A stretch of 64,000 bases of DNA from Candidatus Heimdallarchaeum endolithica (lineage in GTDB: Archaea > Asgardarchaeota > Heimdallarchaeia > Heimdallarchaeales > Heimdallarchaeaceae). A program made the position numbers and the translations under genes. The notes beneath the pieces were generated by a model. The model was given only the letters and a program-made list of their open reading frames with translations. It had not been told where the DNA came from and ran no database searches. Below, piece after piece: positions 1-9,321 of the stretch; the stretch's first letter is position 1, and each line of letters opens with the position of its first letter. The stretch spans positions 2,624,001 through 2,688,000 of the forward strand of contig CP084167.1 of NCBI GenBank assembly GCA_021513715.1. Direction: 5' to 3'.

Positions 1-289
1 AGTACCTTCTCCCGTTGGTGTCAAACAGAAGGAATAAAACACATCAGAGCTAGAGTTTTTCACCCCGAAACATGTGGAAAAGTAGAAAGACTACATGGGA
101 CAATCATCCGTGAGATGGAAAGATTAGGTCTAAAATACTGCAACGCAGATCTCTCCTACTACCGCTCTTACTACAATTTTAGTCGTCCTCACCAATCTCT
201 TAACTTCCTCACCCCAGGAGAAAGATTTATGAATCACCCCTATGTTTCTCTAGTACCCAAAAGTGTAACCCAAGTCTATTGAGTAAACA
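1..289 (+). mobile_element. IS481-type insertion sequence, copy A (3' part only; transposase C-terminus 1..282, right end ...GAGTAAACA at 289)
   Basis: Frame 1 reads STFSRWCQTEGIKHIRARVFHPETCGKVERLHG...VTQVY*. This appears identical to the C-terminus of the 6067..7005 transposase, and the copy ends with the same terminal repeat. Confidence 0.95.
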
Positions 290-450
290 CCTTTTTTTAC
301 TTGGAAAATATTCTTTTTAGATTCCTTGGTTGGGAAAACAAATCTAAAATTGATAAACTATTGTTATAAGTATTTAATTATATATAACGATTGATAGTTA
401 TCTAAAATTTAATATATTTACTTAAAATCCAAAGAGATAGGGGATTAACG

Positions 451-2223
451 ATGAAATTACGAGTACCAGCTATAAATTTTAAGTTACCAAGTTATACAAA
501 AAAATGGTTATTATTGGATGGATTAGGAATAGTTATAGGTATTATTGGAGGATTAGGAGCAGTATTCTTTCGTTTTATCTTAAAATATATTAAAATTCTT
601 TTTTTTGATATTCTACTTCCATTAATTACGATAAATGTTGGTGGATTTAATATAGGTTATATGTTTCTTCCAATAATTGGAGCTTTAATTGTAGGGCCTG
701 TTGTTATGTTTTTTGCTCCTGAAACTAAAGGGCATGGTGTCCCTGAAGTTATGGAATCTGTAGCATTAAAAGGAGGAGAAATAAGAAAAAGAGTGGCTTT
801 TTTAAAAGTAGCTGTATCTTCAATAACTATTGGATCTGGAGGCAGTGCAGGAAGAGAAGGACCAATAGCACAAATTGGTGCAACACTTGGTTCATTTTTC
901 GGAGGACTATTCAAACTTGACCCTCAACATAAAAAGCTAATGGTTGTATGCGGTCTGTCTGCAGGTATAGCTGGGACATTTAATGCACCACTTGGAGGAG
1001 CATTATTTGGAATGGAGGTGTTGCTAAGAGGAATAGGATTATTCAACGCAATGCCTGTTATTTTATCTTCAGTAGTTTCTGTAGGAGTAGCATCAGTACT
1101 AATTCCGATAGCTTTGGGAGAAGAAGTAGGCCCTGCTTTTATTATTGATGTGGCAACATCATGGAATCCTGCAGAACTACCTTTGTATATTATTCTAGGG
1201 GTAGTATTTGGATTATTGTCAATATTATGGGTAAAAGGATTTTATCTAATAGAAGATGTTTTTGATAAACTAAAAATTTATCCCCATCTTAAACCTGCAA
1301 TTGGAGCCTTTTTTACAGGGTTAGCAATAGTTTTCTTTCCAACTTATGGTATTGCTGGGGTTGGCTATGAAGGAATAGAACTCGCTCTTGTTGGAGAGAT
1401 AACTTTGGGTTTATTAATAGCTCTAGGCTTTCTTAAAATTCTGGCAACTGGTTTCTCTATTGGGTCAGGAGGAAGTGGAGGTATTTTTGCTCCTAGCTTG
1501 TATATAGGCGCAATGTTTGGGACTGCAATAGGTATGATTTTTAAAATAGTTTTTCCAGGAACTGTTTCTAATTGGACAACTTATTCATTGGCAGGTATGG
1601 GTGCTTTATTTGCAGGAGCAGCGCAAGCTCCAATAAATGTAATAATAATGATTCCAGAAATGACCAATGATTATTTATTGATCCCGCCCATAGCCATTGC
1701 TTCCTTCATTAGTTTTTTCATAAATTGGATATTTATGAAAGGAACTTCAATTTATACAATAAAACTAGAAAGAAGAGGCGTTAAAATAAGAATGGGAACC
1801 CCATTCATTTTGGAATTGGTGAAAAACGAAGAAATAATGACAAAAGACGTGGTTACTCTCCAAGAGAAATTCCCTGTTTCAATCCTAGAATTGTATTTTG
1901 AAGAGCATCAACATCATGGCTATCCAGTGTTAAATGAAGAAAAGAAACTTGTAGGAATTGTGACTTTAGGAGATTTGCAAAAGATAGATGAGGACGAAAG
2001 AAAAAACAAAATCATTGGAGATATCTGTTCAAGAGAACTTGTGACTGTTAAGGCAGAAGAAACAGTCTCTGAAGCTTTGAAAAAGATGAATGAGTTTGAT
2101 ATTGGGCGGGTAATTGTTGTGGATAGTGAAGACCCCAATAAAATAAAGGGAATAGTTACAAGAACAGATATTATAAATGCTTATCGTATCGCTTCACAAA
2201 ATCCAGCATTATCTACACTTTAG
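451..2223 (+). CDS. ClC-family chloride channel/H+ antiporter with C-terminal CBS pair
   Basis: ClC motifs GHGVPE, GSAGREGP, FNAPLGG and GGIFAP; many TM helices; two CBS domains at the C-terminus. Confidence 0.93.
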   Translation: MKLRVPAINFKLPSYTKKWLLLDGLGIVIGIIGGLGAVFFRFILKYIKILFFDILLPLITINVGGFNIGYMFLPIIGALIVGPVVMFFAPETKGHGVPEVMESVALKGGEIRKRVAFLKVAVSSITIGSGGSAGREGPIAQIGATLGSFFGGLFKLDPQHKKLMVVCGLSAGIAGTFNAPLGGALFGMEVLLRGIGLFNAMPVILSSVVSVGVASVLIPIALGEEVGPAFIIDVATSWNPAELPLYIILGVVFGLLSILWVKGFYLIEDVFDKLKIYPHLKPAIGAFFTGLAIVFFPTYGIAGVGYEGIELALVGEITLGLLIALGFLKILATGFSIGSGGSGGIFAPSLYIGAMFGTAIGMIFKIVFPGTVSNWTTYSLAGMGALFAGAAQAPINVIIMIPEMTNDYLLIPPIAIASFISFFINWIFMKGTSIYTIKLERRGVKIRMGTPFILELVKNEEIMTKDVVTLQEKFPVSILELYFEEHQHHGYPVLNEEKKLVGIVTLGDLQKIDEDERKNKIIGDICSRELVTVKAEETVSEALKKMNEFDIGRVIVVDSEDPNKIKGIVTRTDIINAYRIASQNPALSTL

Positions 2224-2297
2224 TATCTTTTTTTCTTTTTTTTCTCCTTGAAAAAACATAATCTTGAAAAGGTAAGAAAAGAAAAGAATAATAAACA

Positions 2298-4457
2298 ATG
2301 CAGAATAAGAAAAAAACTTTCTATAGTTTAGTGTTTGTTGGAATTATATATACAACTATGTTCTTACATTTATTTGTTATTAACTCTCCAAAAGTTGTTG
2401 CAAATAATCCCATAAATATAGGTGAAGATCATATTAAACTAATAAAACAAGGTTACACAGAGGATTTTGATAGAGAAATAAGTTTGTCAGATTTTCTTAC
2501 CTATTCAATCGAACCTTTTGTTCTTGATTTTGACAAGGATCAATCTTTTGAAATTTTCATTGTTTCAAATCGTTATAATGAAACAGAAGGAAATAAACTA
2601 TTTTTACTAAAGGATTCTAGTATCATGCCAAACTGGCCAATACAGCTAGAGGTGGATATTGAGGATATAGTATGTCAAGAAAGTTATAACGATGAACAAA
2701 TTGTAATAGTGAGGGCTAAAAACAAAAATAGTGCCAACCAAACCTTCTTCTATGGAATTAATAAAAATGGAGAAGTTATTAGTTCTTTTACCAAAGTAGT
2801 AGAAGAAACATTTAGTGGCGATACTTTATTTGGGGATGTTGATGAAGATGGTCAAAATGAATTTATAATACATAATAAGAATCAAGTTTTTATTTATGAA
2901 AATGATTTCACATTAAAGGAAAATTGGCCAAAGGAAACAAATGAAACAATTTTTTCCGAAATTGTTGTAGATGATGTAAATTTAGATGGAAGAAAAGATA
3001 TTTTAGCCTTAACAGAGCAAGGCTTAATTTTTGTGTGGGATTGGAATGGAACATTACTACGTAATTTTCCTAAAAAGATTGATATTCTATATTATAAAAG
3101 TGGTGAAGGATTTAGGGTTATGCCGGTAGTAACAGATAGTAACAATGATGGAATTGTGGAGATTTTCGCTTCATCAACCTTTGGTTATCTCTACTGTCTA
3201 GAACTATCTGAAGGAAAAACAAGTACATATTATCAAAAATTACCAAATGCTATCTATAGCTTAAATCAGGCTACTGCCAGTGATATTAACAAAGATGGGT
3301 TATTAGATATTATACAACCTTTCTCTGATGGTTTCTCTATTTTTAACTTTGATGGAATTTTGGAAGTCAAAGCAAAAGTAGAAGGTTCATATTCTTTTAC
3401 AGGAGCTCCAGTGCTAGCTGATATAAATCAAGATAATATTTTGGAGTTAATTTTTGTTTCTGACTATCGTTTACTAGTTTTCAATTACACAGGTTTTGAA
3501 ATTCAAAATTATGAAAAAACAATTCCCTATGCTTATAACAATGGAATTTCTCCTATTGTATTTGATAGTGATAGTGATAGTGAGATAGAGATAGTCTATT
3601 TAAATAATTACGGAAAAATAAAAATTTTTGAGACAAATGATTTTGGGTTATTCCCTTGGTTGTTTAAGTATTCTTCTCCTCTACATTCAGTTAATAATGA
3701 CTATGATGGCGATGGATTGTTGGATCGTGAAGAAAAAGTAGTAGGTAGTGACCTCTTAAACTTTGATAGTGATTCTGATACAGTTTGTGATGGGGACGAA
3801 GTTAATCAGTACGTAATGAATCCTGTTATTGTTGATTTATCTTTAGATACTGATGAGGACAATTTGACAAATATAGAAGAGGTAGATATTTACTTAACAA
3901 ATCCATTAAATCCTGACAGTGATTTTGACTCATTAACAGATGGAGAAGAAGTACTCATTCACTTTACAAATCCACTATCTGCTGATTCCGATGAAGATGG
4001 CTTACCTGATTCTTTTGAGGTAGAATATACTTTTTTGGATCCAAATAATGATGATGACTCCAAATTAGATTATGATGAAGATGGTTTATCAAATTTAGAA
4101 GAATATCTTTATGGAACAGATCCAAGTAACCCTGATACAGATTCCGATAGTCTTCTTGATGGAGATGAAATTTATAGGTACTTTACGAATCCTATCGTTT
4201 CTGATGCTGATGCAGACTATGATGGAGATGGTTTGACAAATGTTGAAGAAGTGGATATCTATCATACTGATCCATCTTCAACAGATAGTGATGGTGATGG
4301 ATTCAGTGACGGAGAAGAAGTTGAAAAAGGTTCAGATCCTAATAATTCGCAAAGTATTCCTAAAACATCAAAGATCAGTTTTGCATTGTTTTCTGCATTA
4401 ATTTCACTATTTTCTATTGTTTTTTTGTTTACTTTAACAAAAAGGCTAAAGATTTAG
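2298..4457 (+). CDS. Cell-surface protein with FG-GAP/VCBS-like repeats, thrombospondin-type-3-like Ca-binding repeats and a C-terminal TM anchor
   Basis: N-terminal signal/TM segment; DVDEDGQNE, DVNLDGRKD and DINKDGLLD motifs; nine D-x-D-x-D-x-L-x-[DN]-x-x-E repeats; hydrophobic C-terminus. Confidence 0.8.
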   Translation: MQNKKKTFYSLVFVGIIYTTMFLHLFVINSPKVVANNPINIGEDHIKLIKQGYTEDFDREISLSDFLTYSIEPFVLDFDKDQSFEIFIVSNRYNETEGNKLFLLKDSSIMPNWPIQLEVDIEDIVCQESYNDEQIVIVRAKNKNSANQTFFYGINKNGEVISSFTKVVEETFSGDTLFGDVDEDGQNEFIIHNKNQVFIYENDFTLKENWPKETNETIFSEIVVDDVNLDGRKDILALTEQGLIFVWDWNGTLLRNFPKKIDILYYKSGEGFRVMPVVTDSNNDGIVEIFASSTFGYLYCLELSEGKTSTYYQKLPNAIYSLNQATASDINKDGLLDIIQPFSDGFSIFNFDGILEVKAKVEGSYSFTGAPVLADINQDNILELIFVSDYRLLVFNYTGFEIQNYEKTIPYAYNNGISPIVFDSDSDSEIEIVYLNNYGKIKIFETNDFGLFPWLFKYSSPLHSVNNDYDGDGLLDREEKVVGSDLLNFDSDSDTVCDGDEVNQYVMNPVIVDLSLDTDEDNLTNIEEVDIYLTNPLNPDSDFDSLTDGEEVLIHFTNPLSADSDEDGLPDSFEVEYTFLDPNNDDDSKLDYDEDGLSNLEEYLYGTDPSNPDTDSDSLLDGDEIYRYFTNPIVSDADADYDGDGLTNVEEVDIYHTDPSSTDSDGDGFSDGEEVEKGSDPNNSQSIPKTSKISFALFSALISLFSIVFLFTLTKRLKI

Positions 4458-4467
4458 AAAAACACGC

Positions 4468-4950
4468 TTAAAATTTCCAACTATAGGTAGCTCCTTGTCT
4501 ATCATCTTCACAAACTGAAACTTTCAAACTCTTGATATGTTCTTCGTTGAATTTTTGTTCTTTTTTCAATATTTCTGTGAAGTATCTGCTAAGTTCTTCA
4601 ACAGTAGTATTCTCAATAGGTAAAATTTTAACATCTTCTTTTGGCATTTCGTATTCTTTGTTTAATCTAGGAATTTTAACAATAACTTGTTTATCTGTTT
4701 CAGTAATTTCTAGATGCTTATTATACTTTGGTAAAATAAGATGATGATCAAGTGAATCAACAAGAGGTTGAACTATTTTTTTAATATCGTAAAAATTTAC
4801 CACCATATTGTCTTTAGATTGTTGTCCTACAACATTTACTTGGACAGTATAATTGTGACCATGCAATTTTTCAAAAAAGCTTTCTCCAATAACAATATGA
4901 GAGCAAGAAAATATGAAATACTCTTTGGATAAGAACAAATCATAGCTCAT
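4468..4950 (-). CDS. queD: 6-pyruvoyl-tetrahydropterin synthase / QueD family protein
   Basis: FSCSH...LHGHNY motif, LDH and ENTTVEEL motifs. Confidence 0.8.
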   Translation of the reverse strand: MSYDLFLSKEYFIFSCSHIVIGESFFEKLHGHNYTVQVNVVGQQSKDNMVVNFYDIKKIVQPLVDSLDHHLILPKYNKHLEITETDKQVIVKIPRLNKEYEMPKEDVKILPIENTTVEELSRYFTEILKKEQKFNEEHIKSLKVSVCEDDRQGATYSWKF

Positions 4951-5031
4951 TTTGATGAAAATATCTTCCTATTAATTGAATTTTGCTATTGAATACTTTA
5001 TTACCTTTTTGAATAGAAATTTTGTTGTTTT

Positions 5032-5973
5032 TTATATTTCTGCGGAAGATAATATTATATTTTCAAGTTCTTGAATTTCTAAGTCTATGTCAACTAAAAA
5101 AACTAAAAATTCAGACATTATTGATGCTAGTTCATTTCTTAATTCTTTTCCAAGTTTAATTAGTTCTTCAACAGAAGAAACATCATCCAAACCCCAAGAA
5201 AGAACATCACACAACCTTCCAAGTTGTTCGTCAGGTATTCTTTCTTCATCTTTCGCTTTGTTATTTGTGTTGATTTGAGAAAGAATTTTTTCTGCAGTGT
5301 TAATCTCATCTTCAAAAACCGTGGATAAGGGATTAATGCTCATATCTAACAGCTCACGTAAAATCATTTGAGCTTTATCTCCAAGTTCTGCGGCTTGGAA
5401 AGAAAGATCTGTTATTTCTTCAACTTGCTCTTTTTGAAGTTGTACAATTTCATCTGGTTCTGTAAAAAACTTCTGAATATATTCTCTGTTTTTTTCGTTA
5501 ACTAAAGATATTTGCTGCCTAAAACTAGCTGATTCTTCAGTCTCTGATGAGAGGAGATAATATATTTCTTGCCATTTATTGTTTAATTTTTCTTTAATTA
5601 AAAACAAGTCTTTTGCTTTTTCCAAAACGTTAATAATTTTCTCAACAATTGCCTCTTTTTCAATCAATCCTTTTGTGCGAGCTCGAGAAACTTCTTCATC
5701 AAATTCTCTAGAAACACTTTCATTTACTCTGAGATTATCTATAAGAGAACTTTGATAATATGTTCGCGCTAGAGAAGCCATGAGTGAAAGTAGTGAAGAA
5801 CGCAAAGAGAAAAGTGATCCTTCATCTGAACTCAAAAAAATATCTATGTACTCAAACAAAGAACCCATTTTTTTGTAAAGCTTACGAATAGGTCTATAGT
5901 TTAAATTATCTAGAAATTTACCTAATAAGGTCTGTCTCTCCAGAACGGTATCAGTATAATTATGCATTGTCAT
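5032..5973 (-). CDS. Hypothetical helical protein
   Basis: 313-aa ORF with host-like composition; no recognisable motif. Confidence 0.6.
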   Translation of the reverse strand: MTMHNYTDTVLERQTLLGKFLDNLNYRPIRKLYKKMGSLFEYIDIFLSSDEGSLFSLRSSLLSLMASLARTYYQSSLIDNLRVNESVSREFDEEVSRARTKGLIEKEAIVEKIINVLEKAKDLFLIKEKLNNKWQEIYYLLSSETEESASFRQQISLVNEKNREYIQKFFTEPDEIVQLQKEQVEEITDLSFQAAELGDKAQMILRELLDMSINPLSTVFEDEINTAEKILSQINTNNKAKDEERIPDEQLGRLCDVLSWGLDDVSSVEELIKLGKELRNELASIMSEFLVFLVDIDLEIQELENIILSSAEI

Positions 5974-6059
5974 GAGTCCCCAGAAACAATTTTCTCCAGT
6001 AGAAGATAATACCTAAGTAGTCTAATATATTATTTTCCTTATTGCAAGTCACTTGATTG

Positions 6060-7069
6060 TGTTTACTCAATAGACTTGGGTTACACTTTTGGGTACTAGA
6101 GAAACATAGGGGTGATTCATAAATCTTTCTCCTGGGGTGAGGAAGTTAAGAGATTGGTGAGGACGACTAAAATTGTAGTAAGAGCGGTAGTAGGAGAGAT
6201 CTGCGTTGCAGTATTTTAGACCTAATCTTTCCATCTCACGGATGATTGTCCCATGTAGTCTTTCTACTTTTCCACATGTTTCGGGGTGAAAAACTCTAGC
6301 TCTGATGTGTTTTATTCCTTCTGTTTGACACCAACGGGAGAAGGTACTTGTTCCTCCTCTAACGGAAGAGAAGAGTGCTCCATTGTCCGTGAGGATAGAC
6401 TCGGGGTAACCGTACTCTTTTATTGCTTCCTCTAGCAAACTTATTATCTGCTCTTTTTTTGGTGCAAAAGGGTGGAATTCAGCTCCCAGACAGAATCGTG
6501 AGTGGTCGTCTATCAAGGTTATGAGATGGAGATGTTGTCCCTGTTCTTCTACCCAGAATGGTCCTTTCACATCTATTTGCCAGAGTTCGTTAGGTTTTTG
6601 ACGTTCAAAACTCTTGTATCGAGGTCTTTTCCTCTTTTTTCTATTAACCCATAAAGGAAGACCTAACTCTTTTATTACTTTCGTCACTGTCGTCTGAGAG
6701 AGTGCTTTTCCTTCTCTCTTCAACAAATAAGCTATCTTCTCCACATTCATTCCTTGTTTTATTCTTAACTCCCTTATCCTCTCTTTTAACTCCTCATCTA
6801 CTTTCCTGTGTATAGTTTTTGGTCTGGAAGATCTATCTTTCCACCATACTCCTTCAGGGTTCTCTCTGAACCTCTTCAACCACTTATACACAAACTTCCT
6901 ACTCACCATATACTTGTGAGCTACCTCTTTTATCTTCTCTCCTTCCAAAGCTTTTTTAACCACAATCTTTCTTAGTTTCTCCAGGTTACGTTCGGGTTTG
7001 TTCATAATATATCACTTACCCACGTAACCCACTTCTATTTATTTGTTACCAATGTGAGTTGAGTATACA
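6060..7069 (-). mobile_element. IS481-type insertion sequence, copy B (complete, 1010 bp, TGT...ACA ends, 16-bp TSD)
   Basis: Imperfect 26-bp TIRs at 6060-6085 and 7044-7069 (19/26 match); direct repeat GCAAGTCACTTGATTG at 6044-6059 and 7070-7085. Confidence 0.96.
6067..7005 (-). CDS. IS481-family DDE transposase (HTH + rve integrase core)
   Basis: N-terminal HTH (VSRKFVYKWLKRF); WQID, IDDHSR, LTDNG and GKVER motifs; the stop codon lies inside the terminal repeat. Confidence 0.95.
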   Translation of the reverse strand: MNKPERNLEKLRKIVVKKALEGEKIKEVAHKYMVSRKFVYKWLKRFRENPEGVWWKDRSSRPKTIHRKVDEELKERIRELRIKQGMNVEKIAYLLKREGKALSQTTVTKVIKELGLPLWVNRKKRKRPRYKSFERQKPNELWQIDVKGPFWVEEQGQHLHLITLIDDHSRFCLGAEFHPFAPKKEQIISLLEEAIKEYGYPESILTDNGALFSSVRGGTSTFSRWCQTEGIKHIRARVFHPETCGKVERLHGTIIREMERLGLKYCNADLSYYRSYYNFSRPHQSLNFLTPGERFMNHPYVSLVPKSVTQVY

Positions 7070-7134
7070 GCAAGTCACTTGATTGTAAAAAGTTTATATA
7101 CCTTAAAGAGAAAAAAAACTTTTAAAAAAATAAA

Positions 7135-7671
7135 CTAAAGTAGTTTTTTTGATTTTGCTACATACCAACCTAAAATCGTAGCTCCGTGAATAATCTTGTT
7201 ATTCTGTATTAATTCTTCAACTTCCGTTTTTGAAAATTCTAAAACATCTATAAATTCATCTTCGTCTAGATTTTGTTTACCCTCTTTTTCTACAATAGCA
7301 AAATAAAGATGTCCCCAACTACTACTGAAAGCAACAGGATGCCAAGTTAGTAAAGATTCAATAGAAACTACTTTGTAACCAGTTTCTTCCCTTACTTCTC
7401 TTTTTGCAGAGCGAATTGGGTCTTCTTCTGGCTCTATAAGCCCTGCAGGAATCTCAATACTCATACTAGTCCAAGGGTATCTGTACTGTTTTATCATAAT
7501 TAAGTTTTTATCCTTCGTCATGCATACAGTGGCAGTGAAGTTTTTACTTTCAACAACAGAAAATTCTACTTCTTTGCCTTTTGGATTCTGTACTTTATCA
7601 TTTCTTACCTTGAGATAATTATTCGAATAAACTTCATTTTTATTTATGCATATCCAGTTGCTTATGTCCAT
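7135..7671 (-). CDS. Nudix hydrolase (ADP-ribose pyrophosphatase-like)
   Basis: Nudix box GLIEPEEDPIRSAKREVREETG and QYRYP motif. Confidence 0.92.
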   Translation of the reverse strand: MDISNWICINKNEVYSNNYLKVRNDKVQNPKGKEVEFSVVESKNFTATVCMTKDKNLIMIKQYRYPWTSMSIEIPAGLIEPEEDPIRSAKREVREETGYKVVSIESLLTWHPVAFSSSWGHLYFAIVEKEGKQNLDEDEFIDVLEFSKTEVEELIQNNKIIHGATILGWYVAKSKKLL

Positions 7672-7799
7672 GAGATACTTTTTTACTTAAAAAATTAAAT
7701 TTTTAGTTTGTGGAGTTATTAGACCAATAACAACCTGAAACACATTTGCATAAATAAAGAATACAAGATATTGGGGAGTGTAACAACTTTTCCGCTGTC

Positions 7800-7807
7800 T
7801 TTATATA
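7800..7807 (+). promoter_or_regulatory. Putative TATA box for the element-3 RNA
   Basis: TTTATATA about 25 nt upstream of the first hairpin (G7829). Confidence 0.55.
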
Positions 7808-7828
7808 TTTAATTCTCATTTATCTAAT

Positions 7829-8046
7829 GTCTTGAGCTATATGCTTAAAGACGTAGGTTTCATTTCTACGACACCCGGTCTTTCCTTTGGGGGTTATGAG
7901 TGCCCGGGATCAGGAGATGAACCCCTTAGAGAACTTAATTAAGACTGTGTCTTTCATGTTCTCTTAAGCAAGTCTTCACAACATTTGCTATGTTTATTGA
8001 CTGGTTGGGTAGAGTCCTGAAGAAATTAAGTAAAATTTCAACTCAT
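7829..8046 (+). ncRNA. Structured RNA, candidate omegaRNA-like scaffold
   Basis: GC-enriched. Stems 7829-7837/7843-7852, 7852-7857/7865-7870, 7874-7878/7904-7908 and 7928-7934/7958-7964; crossing pairings 7890-7895/7920-7925 and 7910-7915/8015-8020. G-U pairs favour the + strand. Confidence 0.65.
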
Positions 8047-8084
8047 TAGTATCACAAATCCTTAAAAAGAAGAAGAAAAGAAAA

Positions 8085-9308
8085 CTAAATTTCTTCACTC
8101 TCTTTTTTTGTATTGTACTCTCTAACTAATTTTGTTAATTCTGGAATGATTTTCAATATGTCTCCAATAACAGATAGGTTAGCGACTTTAAATATTGGTG
8201 CTTCAGGGTCATTGTTTACAGCAACAATAACATCAGAGCTTTTCATACCCACTAGATGTTGTACCGCTCCAGAAATGCCAAAAGCTAAGTAGAGATTAGG
8301 TGAAACAGTTTTTCCTGACTGACCAACTTGTCTAGCATGAGGTAACCATCCAATATCTACTAAAGCTCTTGACCCTGATAATGTTGCTCCCATTGCTTCA
8401 GCTAGCTCTTGAGCGATTTTTATGTTTTCTTTGCTTTCTATTCCTCTACCAACTGAAACAAGTTTATCTGCTTCTTCTATATTTACAACTTCATCCAAAA
8501 CGTGAATTTCTTCAAGTATTTTTGTTCTGATGGAAGAACGTTTAAGTTTCACTTCAAAAATTTCTGTTTTTCCTTCTTTTGTTTTATCTTCTTTAGGTTT
8601 CTTAAATACGTTTGGTCTTACAGTAGACATCTGAGGACGGGTGTATGGAGATAAGATCGAAGCCATGATATTTCCACCAAAAGCTGGTCTTGTTTGAACT
8701 AGTTGGTTCTCTTTATCAATATCTAATCCTGTACAATCCGCTGTTAGACCTAGACCTAGCCTTGCAGCTACTCTAGGGGCAAGATCTCTCCCATTAGGGG
8801 TAGCTCCATAAAGAACGATTGAAGGTTTTTTTGCAGCAATTATACTTGAAATCACTGTAGCATAACCATCAGTAGTATATGCTTCTAATAATTCATGCTC
8901 TGCTAAAATAACTTTGTCTGCTCCATGATGGAACAATGTAGAAACCAGTTGTTCAACATTGTATCCTGCTAAGACAACAGTTAACTCTTCATTTACTCTA
9001 TCTGCAAGTTCTCTCCCTTTTCCTAATAGTTCCAAAACAACATTCTTGATATGCGGAATGTTTTCTCTTTTCTCCCACTCTCCCCATATAAAAACGCCAG
9101 TGTATTGAGATAATTGTTCCTTTGAAACTGTTTTCCTTTCAATAGTAAGTGCTCCATAAGGGCAAGCATTAACACATGTTCCACATAGAGTGCAATTTTC
9201 TAAAACTTTTGCTTTTTTTGTGTCAGTTGGGACAATTATTGCTCCAAAAGGACAAACTTTTTCGCAAATTCCACAGCCAATACATTTTTCCATATCAACG
9301 ATTAACAT
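8085..9308 (-). CDS. etfA: Electron transfer flavoprotein alpha subunit with N-terminal 2x[4Fe-4S] ferredoxin domain
   Basis: CIGCGICEKVCP and CTLCGTCVNACP; GLTADCT; QVGQSGKTV; GISGAVQHLVGM. Likely start is ATG 9308 after GGAGGAG. Confidence 0.93.
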   Translation of the reverse strand: MLIVDMEKCIGCGICEKVCPFGAIIVPTDTKKAKVLENCTLCGTCVNACPYGALTIERKTVSKEQLSQYTGVFIWGEWEKRENIPHIKNVVLELLGKGRELADRVNEELTVVLAGYNVEQLVSTLFHHGADKVILAEHELLEAYTTDGYATVISSIIAAKKPSIVLYGATPNGRDLAPRVAARLGLGLTADCTGLDIDKENQLVQTRPAFGGNIMASILSPYTRPQMSTVRPNVFKKPKEDKTKEGKTEIFEVKLKRSSIRTKILEEIHVLDEVVNIEEADKLVSVGRGIESKENIKIAQELAEAMGATLSGSRALVDIGWLPHARQVGQSGKTVSPNLYLAFGISGAVQHLVGMKSSDVIVAVNNDPEAPIFKVANLSVIGDILKIIPELTKLVREYNTKKESEEI

Positions 9309-9321
9309 TTTTTCTCCTCCT

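Larger units (their letters stand above)
7672..8046 (+). mobile_element. Non-coding AT-core mini-element 3 (375 bp) inserted at the Nudix start codon
   Basis: CAT on both sides (7669-7671 and 8044-8046). Perfect inverted repeat TTTTACTTAA (7681-7690) / TTAAGTAAAA (8026-8035), each 9 nt from the AT. Removing the element restores GTGATACTA-ATG (SD-like motif plus start codon) for the Nudix gene. Confidence 0.72.

Noticed and set aside
7703-7819. 38-codon minus-strand ORF (MRIKYIKTAEK...)
   Set aside because: No SD or recognisable motif, and it overlaps the predicted promoter inside element 3.
7829-8020. SRP RNA, RNase P RNA, SECIS, twister or hammerhead ribozyme
   Set aside because: No SRP helix-8 motif, no GAGGAAAGUCC, no UGA-containing gene upstream, and no complete ribozyme core; only a superficial CCGGUC...GCCCGG resemblance to twister.
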